Under the pieces are notes generated by a model, which worked only from the letters and a program-made list of their open reading frames with translations, was not told the origin of the DNA and searched no databases. The translations under genes were made by a program, and so were the position numbers. From Prasinococcaceae sp. CCMP 1430 (lineage: Eukaryota; Plantae; Prasinodermophyta), in the NCBI GenBank assembly GCA_013416795.1, contig RQSC01000009.1, positions 1 to 64,000 on the forward strand: DNA of 64,000 bases, read 5' to 3'. How positions within the stretch are numbered: the stretch's first letter is position 1; each line of letters starts with the position of its first letter. Shown here in pieces: positions 56,222 to 64,000 of this stretch.

Positions 56222-58044
56222 CTAATGCTGCTTGCCAAAGCCGGCCTTTATGGCCTGCTGCGTCCCCCACACGAGCTTGTCCAGCAGGCTCGCGAGGGTG
56301 AAGCATCCTCCGACGATGGCCATGAGGTTGGTCAAGTAGTCGGCGAGCGGTTGCCTCTTCTCCTCGATGACCACCTGGAACGGCGACGGCACGAAGCTGA
56401 TGCGAACCGAGCTCAGCTCACTCGACTCGTACTGGTGGCTGTGCGCAGTCGTGTCGTAGAGGTCGATGGAGAAGTCGCCCTTTTCGACCGTTTGCAGCAC
56501 GGCATTAATGTAGTGCTCGAAGGTCACGTTGTCCGTGCGAGCAGTGAAAGGAGTGTCGACGAAGCGCGCGCTCCACTCCTGCCACTCGCCCCCGTCTGGG
56601 CCTCTCACAAGCGACCTCACCTCGGCCTTGTCGTCTTCGGTGAGCTCGTGGCCGAACGTCAGGTGGTGCACGGTGTGGCTCAGGTTGAGGTGCACGTTGT
56701 TGAACGAGTGCCCCACGGCGTGGGCGCCCAGCTCGATCGTGCCGGGCACCTTCTTCACCATCACGTAGCCATCCAGGCGGCAGCCGATCGCCGCGGAGTC
56801 GTGCTTGACGAGCTGTGCCAGCGCGCCGCGGCGCTGGCGCTTCGTTGCTGACCCGCCTGGGGCTGTTGGATCCTCGTCGCCCACGATACCATCGATGAAC
56901 TTGGTCACCGCGTCGGTCGTCCGATCGCCCATGAACATCTCAGTCTTGCGCGACGCGCCGTCGGCGCGAAAGACGCGGATCGTCGGAAATCCCTGGATGC
57001 CCTCTTGTGAGCAGAAGCGCTGGTGGGCGACGCAGTCCACGCGCGCGATGACGACCTTCCGGTCCCCGTACTTCTGCTTGGCGATGCCGGCCGTGTGCTC
57101 CCACACGGGGAGGAGCATCTTGCACCACGCGCACCATTTCGCCATGTACGCGACCATGACGAGGGGCGCGCTCTTCGTCGCGGCTCCGTGCGTCTCCGGC
57201 GTGAGCTCGAGCGAGTGCTCGTCGACGAGCTGCTCCACCATGTCCTCGTCCTCGTACAGATAGTCGGCGGTCCCGTCCTCATCCGTCGCGGCCTGCACCA
57301 TTTTCACCTCGAGCTCTGCGAACGCGGGGTCCGACTGACGATAGGTGGGCGACAGGCGATCGACGTACTTCTCGCCCTCAGAACCGTCCGCGTACAGCCG
57401 CGTCTTGCGCACCGTCTTCGCGCCGAACGTGGACACGCCGTCCACGTTGAGGCGGTGGCTGCCAATCGCGTTGCTCACATCGAGCGTGGCAAACTCGCAC
57501 GCCAGCTCGGGGAAGCTCACCTGGGCGCGCACGAGCGAGACAAGGGAGGCGCGGGGGACGTCAGCACGCGCGAAAGTGCGATGGGTCGCGTGCCCCGAGC
57601 CATCGGACCGGGCCGACGCGCGGGTGCCGGGCGCGCGCGCGCGCGCGCGCGGGAGCCGCCCACCTTGAAGTTGATCGGCAGCACATCGCCGTTGAGGGAC
57701 TTGTCGACGACGATCGACTGCGCGACACCATGACGGTGCGGCGCGTGCACCCGGTGTGCAGCAGAGGGCAACAGAAATACGGGAGGGGCACCGCGCGCGC
57801 CACGCGAGCGAGCGCGTCAGCGCAAGTAGAGAGTCCGCGGGGGCAGCGCCTGCCAGTAGCGCACGCGCTCGCGCACCGTGGTCGCGTGTGACGAGAGGTA
57901 CGACCTCGTCTCGCCGCCGACAAGGAAGGCCACGGCGAACGCCGCCGCGGTGGTGAGCGCCGCGCCCGCGAGCGTCGACTCGCTCAGGTCGCGCGGCAGC
58001 TTCTTGTAGACGTCCAGCGCGCGCATGCCATCGAGTATGCCCAT
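56222..58044 (-). CDS. PDI-C / PDIL5-type protein (ERGIC_N + thioredoxin + COPII-coated ERV domain), 3 exons
   Basis: Exons 58044-57877, 57717-57664, 57520-56222. Motifs: LDVYKKLPRDL, FPELACEFATLDVS, AKWCAWC, IQGFPTIR, GCRLDG..VKKVPG, NLSHTVHHLTFG, AIVGGCFT, C-terminal GKQH. Confidence 0.92.
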
Positions 58045-58524
58045 CGCGCCCGCGCGCCCCAGGCGGGGGCCCGCGCCGCTCGCGCGCCGAGTGGCGTCGC
58101 GCCGCGCTGCCAACACCCCCGCGCGCGTGCAGACGCTCCGGCCCATTTCGCACGTGCATTGCGTCCATCTTGATGGTTGATGGTGCGGTCCTGTTGCGGG
58201 TCAGATTCGTTCCAGCACCCCCCCCTGCAAGAAAACGCTCTCAGCACCCCCTTTGGGTTAGATTGTTTGAGGTTTATGGCCTTCGCCCTTCGGGCGAAGG
58301 CCAATTTGAATGGATTGTGAAAAGCGATCCACATTAGAACATATATGTAGACCCTTCAGCGGCGACCGAGCAGGCGGAGGAGGCGACGACGAAGCGCCGC
58401 GCTCGAAGGCGGGAGCGGATGGCGAGCGAGGCGAGGAACAATGCGGAGCGTGGCCACAGGGTCGTCGCCACGCTTCCCTACCCGGGCGGAAAAGACGTCA
58501 CGGTCGACGTCGGCCTGAGTTCGC

Positions 58525-58816
58525 GGGAATTTTGGGATTTTCCCCTGAAATTCGAGCGAAATTCGGCCTCGACAACCCCGCCGCCGGCAAAAATGCCGGC
58601 GGGGCGCGAGACGCGCGCGCGCGCCGCTGCCAGGGTGGCCGCTGAAGGCGGCGGCGGCGGCGGCAGCGAATTCCGGGCCGCGCGAAGCGCTCGAGCCTCG
58701 CCGGCCGCGCGCGCGCCGCGCCAGCCAGCGCCAGCGAGCGCCAGCGTGAGCGGGAAGACGACCGAAACTATCCGGGGAATTTTGGGATTTTCCCCTGAAA
58801 TTCGAGCGAAATTCGG
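58525..58816 (+). repeat. Exact 42-bp direct repeat (58525-58566 and 58775-58816), 250 bp apart
   Basis: gggaattttgggattttcccctgaaattcgagcgaaattcgg occurs twice. Confidence 0.85.
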
Positions 58817-59247
58817 ACGTGGGAGCTTTCGCGCGCGCGCTTGTCGTCGGCTGACCGCGCACGCGCGCGCAGCACTGCGGGGCCACCCTCAAGGTGGCCC
58901 CGCAGTCCCACCAATCGCGCGCTTGCGTCGACTACTGGGCGCAGCGGTCGCCGCGGCCGCGGCCGCTGCTCGCCTGGGAGGGCGAGTGGCGGCCGAGCGC
59001 CGCCGAGGCGAGGCAGGCGGCCAGGGAGGCCGCCGGCGGCCAGTGTTCGCGCGAGCATTCCAATCAGCTCGTGCTGATTATGGAGATTGTGGTGGCGCGA
59101 CGTCGCCGCCGAGGCTTCGAGGTGCAGCCACGACGGCTCGATCCCCTCGCCCATCGTCATGGCGGCCCCTTCGACCACGTGGCGGCCGTGCTGCTCGAGG
59201 CACGACCGCGAGGAGCCCTCGCGCGGCGAACCGCCGCCCGGCCTCCG

Positions 59248-59300
59248 CGCGCATGCGTTTCGACCTCGCGGCCCGCCCGCGCATGCGTTTCGACCTCGCG
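59248..59300 (+). repeat. Tandem 23-bp repeat cgcgcatgcgtttcgacctcgcg, 30-bp period
   Basis: Directly visible twice. Confidence 0.75.
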
Positions 59301-59659
59301 CCGCAGAATGTCAGATATTTTCGCACTACACCGCCGCCGCGGCCAGCCCGAAACTGCCGCGCATTGACCGGGTGTGCGCAGGCGCGATCCCAGCAAAGAC
59401 CCGGGCACATCGCCGCGAGCGTCCATAATGACCAGGGTCTATCCGGATCAAACCGGGGTGAGGTGAGGCGGGGCGTGCGCGCGAATTCGCGCGCCACACA
59501 CGCGCGCGCGCGCGCGCGCGCCTGCCTCCCCCAGCAGCAAAGGGGGGGGGGGGGGGGGGGGGGGAAGAAGAGAGGGAGAGAGGTTGGAGGGGGCAGCTGT
59601 GGCAAGGAGGGGAGCTGGGAGGGAGGCGTTCGGGCGCGGCGCGTCGCCGCGCGCGAGCG

Positions 59660-61454
59660 ATGGCGTCGGGGCGCGCGTCGGACCGCCACGCGCGCGCGTG
59701 CACTTCGTCGGCATCGGCGGCGCGGGCCTCTCGGCGCTCGCGCTCCTCGCGCTGCGCCACGGGTGGTTTGTGAGCGGCTCGGACCGCGCGGCCTCGGCGC
59801 GCGCGGAGACGCTGCGCGAGGCTGGCGCGACGGTCATGTGCGGCGATCACACCTCTGCGAACCTGCGGCAGGGCGGAAGCAGCCTGCCCGACGTCGTCGT
59901 CGCGAGCAGCGCCGTTCCGCGCACCAACCCCGAGCTCCTCGCCGCGCGCGCGCTCGGGGTGCCGGTGGTCGGGCGTGACGAGTGGCTCGCGTTCGTCACA
60001 CGAGGGCACGCGCTGCTGGCGGTGGCGGGGACGCACGGCAAGACGACCACCTCCGCAATGCTCGCGGTGGCGCTGCGCGACGGCGGCGAGCGCCCTGTGA
60101 CGGCTGTGGTCGGCGGGGACGTGCCGCAGCTGCCAGGCGGTACCAACGCTGTCGCTGACGCGGGCCACGCGCGTGGCGACCCGTTCGTGCTCGAGGCCGA
60201 CGAGTACGACGGCGCGTTCCTGAAGCTCGACCCGCTCGTTGCGGTGATCAACAATGTCGAATGGGATCACGTGGACATCTACGACAGCGAGGACGCCGTG
60301 CACGCAGCGTTCGCGCGCTTTGCCTCCCGCGTGCGCCCCGGTGGCGCGCTCCTGGCGTGCGGGGACAATGCCGGCGCACTGCGGGTCGCGGACGAGACGA
60401 GGGAGCGCCTCGAGGCGCGGGCCAGCGACGAGGTGGAAGGGGGAAGGCAAGCATCGCAAGTGCGCACGTTTGGCACCGCGGAGGGCAATGACTACCGCGC
60501 ATCCGAGCTCGAGACCAACTCCGTGGGTGGCACGGATTTCGTCTTGACGCACGCGGGCGAGCAGCTGTGCGAGGTCTCGCTGCCCGTTCCCGGCATGCAC
60601 AACGTGCGCAACGCGTGCGCGGCGGTGGTGACGGCGGCTCTGGCAGCCGAGCTCCGAGGGGAGGACGCCACCGCCGCCGCGTCGGGCGCTGCGCGCGCTC
60701 TGGGTGACTTCCGCGGTGTCGGGCGTCGCTTCGAGGTTGTTGGCGCAGCGCGCAGCGCCGGCGTGGCTGCGGTCGTCGACGACTACGCGCACCACCCCAC
60801 CGAGGTGATCGCCACGCTGCAGGGGGCGCGCCAGCGCTACCCAGGGAGGCCGCTATGGGCCGTGTTTCAGCCACACACGCACGCGAGGCTCGCCATCTTC
60901 GAGGATGACTTCGTGGTGCGTTGCCGCAGCGCGGATGCGCACGCGCGTGCGCGCGCGTGCGCGCTTTCGCACGCGTGCCGCAGCGGCATGCCACCGCTCT
61001 GGCGTACTGACGCCCGCGCCGTCTCTCTGCTGGGCGCGCGCATGCGCGCGCGCGCATCCCCGTGGGACCACCTCTGCCCTTCCCCTCGCAGGCGTCGCTC
61101 GCCGCAGCCGACCGCGTCATCGTGGCGCCCGTCTTCGAGGCGCGTGCCGAAGACCCCGCCGCACTCGGCGCGGCTACGCCGCGTGAGCTGGCAGCGCGCA
61201 TCGTCGCCGCAGGCGCGCCCGCTGTGGACATGTCGTCGCTCGATGACGTCGTGGATCGGCTCTCCTTCGAGCTCAGTAGCGGCTTGCATTCTACCCGCGG
61301 CAGCGGCGTCGACAGCGCTGACAAGGACGGCGATAGCGTCGACGCCGACTCGAGCAGCAACGCTGACGCTGACGAAGACGACGTCGTTATACTCACTCTT
61401 GGCGCAGGGGACGTGACCTCGGTCGGGCGACGGCTTCTGGAGCGCCTGCAGTAG
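59660..61454 (+). CDS. murC: UDP-N-acetylmuramate--L-alanine ligase, 2+ exons; start unresolved
   Basis: Exons ~59660-60915 and 61092-61454. Motifs: VHFVGIGGAGLSALA, VSGSD, AVAGTHGKTTT, LEADEYD, NVEWDHVD, PGMHNVRNA, FRGVGRRFE, DDYAHHPTE, FQPH, LGAGD. The ATG at 59660 is off-frame unless the (CG)n run at ~59689 is mis-sized by one unit. Confidence 0.94.
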
Positions 61455-61555
61455 GGCTGCCACCGGGCGCACTGGTGTACTGTACCTCCGCGCGTGTATT
61501 CAATAGCTGATTTTGATTGATTGAGAGTCACTGGCAGGTCCCGCGGCGCGCGCGC

Positions 61556-62635
61556 CTAGCCGCGGGCCTTCTCTTGGATTGGGGACACGGGCGCTTCCGT
61601 GTCTGTGGCCGCCTCAGCGAGGCCGGCATTTCTACGCGCCGCGCGCCGCATGGCCTTTTCTGCATCACGACGCGCGCGCTCGAGCTCGCGCAGCGCCTTC
61701 CGCTCCTCGCGCTCCTGGCGTTTGGCCTCAGCCTGCAGCTCACGCTCATACTCGAGCCGCTCTGCCTCGGCCTCGGCCTCCGCCTCGGCCTGCGTGATGC
61801 GCGTGCCCGATGGTGGATTGTACAGCGACGAGCCGCTGCGTCAGTACGCGCAGCTCCCTGCGTACGCTCTCGGGCTGCGAGCGTGCAACACACGCGCGCG
61901 TGCGACCTCACCTTTGTGATCATGCGCGGCAGCGTGAGCACCATTCCCGGCGAGAGAATCTCCACGTCGGCGATGTGCCCGCGGTTGAGCTCGCGCACGC
62001 GGTTGATGTTCTCCTCGGTGTAGTCACCGACGTACTTGCACACGATGTCACCGAGCGTGTCGCCGCTGCCGATGACGAGCTCGATCGAGCCGGACTCGAC
62101 CTGCAATCCACCCCGCCAATCCGCGCACGTGTGCGCACGCGCACCAATCACCGCTCGCCTCGGTCAGCACAGCGCCGCGCGACCCACGCTCGTGCAAGCG
62201 CAGCTGTGTCACGCGCGCGCGTACTCGCACGGACCTTTTCCGCACGCGTGGGAGGCAGCTTTGCGCCCAGCCTCTGCCCGGGCCTCACGCGCGCGCGCTT
62301 GGGCGACCACAGCGCCGCGCCGATGGAAGCAAACAAGCCGCCGCCATTGCGCATCGCCCACGCAGTACCGGCGCTGCCCAGCACGACGCCAACAGCAATG
62401 CCTGTGACCGCTCGCGCGTGGGGCCAGCGCAGTCACCAGCGCGTGTCAGCCGTCCTCAGTACGCACGCGTCGCGAGCGGGCGCGCGAGTGCGACCACGCC
62501 ACTCCACCCTCCCCCGCGCGCCACCATCATCGCCCCCCCGTGCGCACGCACGCACCTGCGAGCGCGGCCGTGCGCACGCGGCGGCGCTGCGCGTCCTTGT
62601 CGTCTCCGGCGGGCCACGCGGCGCGCGCGGCACAA
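61556..62635 (-). CDS. Membrane-anchored LysM-domain protein with C-terminal charged coiled coil, 4 exons, 5'-incomplete
   Basis: Exons ~62635-62556, 62401-62235, 62100-61912, 61789-61556 join in frame. TM AALAGIAVGVVLGSAGTAW; LysM LVIGSGDTLGDIVCKY..RVRELNRGHIADVEILSPGMVLTLP; E/R/A-rich helix. Confidence 0.78.
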
Positions 62636-62689
62636 GCTCAGCAGCGCGTCGGCGGGCCACTCAGAGAACCAGTCGATGGTGCAGCAATT
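62636..62689 (-). other. 54-nt fragment matching axonemal dynein heavy chain AAA4 motif
   Basis: Translates NCCTIDWFSEWPADALLS. The flanking sequence is not dynein-like. Confidence 0.65.
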
Positions 62690-63833
62690 CGCCGGCAGCT
62701 GGCCCATTTCGCCGTGAGCGCTCCGCGAAACTCGCCACCGAAACGCACCCGGCGCCGTCCCAAACCCGCGCGCTGCGCAGCTGCGGCCGGTCGCGCGAGG
62801 GCTCATCCGCGCGCCTGCAAAAAAAAAATCAATCCCAATCTAAATCTTCTCACTCTCACCCTGCATGCAGCAGAGGTCCGCCCGGACCAGCATCGCTCGC
62901 CTCGCCAGGCCAATCCACGCCCCGCCCAAATGGGCTCCAGCGCGCGCCGCGCGCCGGCCGCGCGCGTCGGTTCGCCCTGGCTGCTCATCGGGACTTTCCT
63001 GGCTGCACACAAACCAAACCAAACCAACCGAACCTCAGTCAAGTCAGAAAAAAAAAGCGCTCCCGCGATCGAAATTCGAATCGGTTGGTTGGCGGGCGCG
63101 CGCGCGCGCGCCCCGGGCCGCTTCGCCCTCAGCGTGTGCCTTTTCTGTGATGTGTTTTGATGTGTAGAGTTGTCTCCCGTGGGCGAAATGTTCGGATGCT
63201 TTTTGATGGTGGAGGTGTGTGTGTGGTGCGTGGCCGGCGGCGGGCGCGGCGAGAGCCAGAGCGCGCGCGCGGGGCGCGCGCGGCGCGCGCATGCGCCTGG
63301 ACCGCGCGACGTTGTGGCCCCCCCGGGCCCTACGCGCGCGCCGCCCGCGCGCGCGCGCGCGCAAAGGCAAAGGCACCCTCCGAAATCGCGCCCACAAAAA
63401 GCGCGCACGCATTGACGAAGCGATCGAAAACACCCCCCGAAACAAACACCGGCGAATGATCCGTCGATCGGCCCACGTACCACCCACGGATCGACCGACC
63501 TTGCGCGCGCGCGCCCGAACAATGATTGATTGATTGATTGATTGAGGGCGGGCCGCCACTCGCCAGCCAGCAGTCTCAGCCTGTGTCTTTGTTGTGGATC
63601 CGATCTCTGCCTGGTTGCCAGCCAGCTTCTTTTTTTCCCGGCGCCCACACGTTGGGATTGGAAACGGCGCGCGCGCGGGGCGCTGGGCGCGGTCCCGCGC
63701 ACGCGGACGCGCAAACGCTCGCGCGGCGCCGACCTTGTGGGCGAGCTCGTCCCACGGATGGGAGCTCGCGTGCCGGGGTCGAGCGTCGCGCGGTGCCACG
63801 CGCGCAGCGCTGACCCGCCGCGCCCTAAATCGC

Positions 63834-64000
63834 ATGCGCTGGGTGGCCGCGCACCCCCTCTCCCCAAACCCCGTCCTTGGGCTGCGCTCCGACAGCAGAT
63901 GTTGGCCGCCGCGTGATTGTGGTGACGGGTCCGACGGCGTCAGGCAAGACAGCGCTCTCGGTGGAGCTTGCGCGGCGCCTCGGCGGCGAGATCGTCTCTG
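63834..64000 (+). CDS. miaA: tRNA dimethylallyltransferase (IPT/MiaA family), 3'-partial
   Basis: RVIVVTGPTASGKTALSVELARRLGGEIVS (P-loop). Runs off the window end; start uncertain. Confidence 0.85.
   Translation, partial: MRWVAAHPLSPNPVLGLRSDSRCWPPRDCGDGSDGVRQDSALGGACAAPRRRDRL

Noticed and set aside
58419-59978. 519-aa plus-strand ORF
   Set aside because: Low complexity, crosses DNA repeats and a G homopolymer, and overlaps murC out of frame.
59660-61454. Bacterial contamination as the source of murC and the amidase
   Set aside because: Both have spliceosomal introns, host-like composition and eukaryotic neighbours.

Overview
This is eukaryotic nuclear DNA, very GC-rich and gene-dense. It has short GT-AG introns, TGTAA poly(A) signals, plastid-type genes (Fd-GOGAT, a Tat-signal TPR protein) and flagellar genes (PF20, RSP14, an RJL GTPase). 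That combination points to a prasinophyte-grade green alga, which is an inference. About 28 genes or gene fragments can be modelled, and there are two N-gaps. The best candidate for an undescribed system is at 50.9-55.8 kb: a SABATH-family methyltransferase sits head-to-head, about 100-140 bp apart, with a single ORF fusing a Leu/Phe/Val-type amino-acid dehydrogenase to an MSOX/PIPOX/NikD-type flavin oxidase. Family chemistry suggests a two-gene, three-activity route lysine -> piperideine-2-carboxylate -> picolinate -> homarine, or a related N-methyl osmolyte; this is a hypothesis. The window also holds intron-containing peptidoglycan genes: MurC tail-to-tail with a membrane-anchored LysM protein, and a bacterial-type Amidase_2. 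Three genes are abutted at their 5' ends by unrelated coding fragments (IQ/polyQ, glutaredoxin, dynein), which could be assembly chimeras or real fragment capture. All family assignments come from motif recognition by eye, not database searches.
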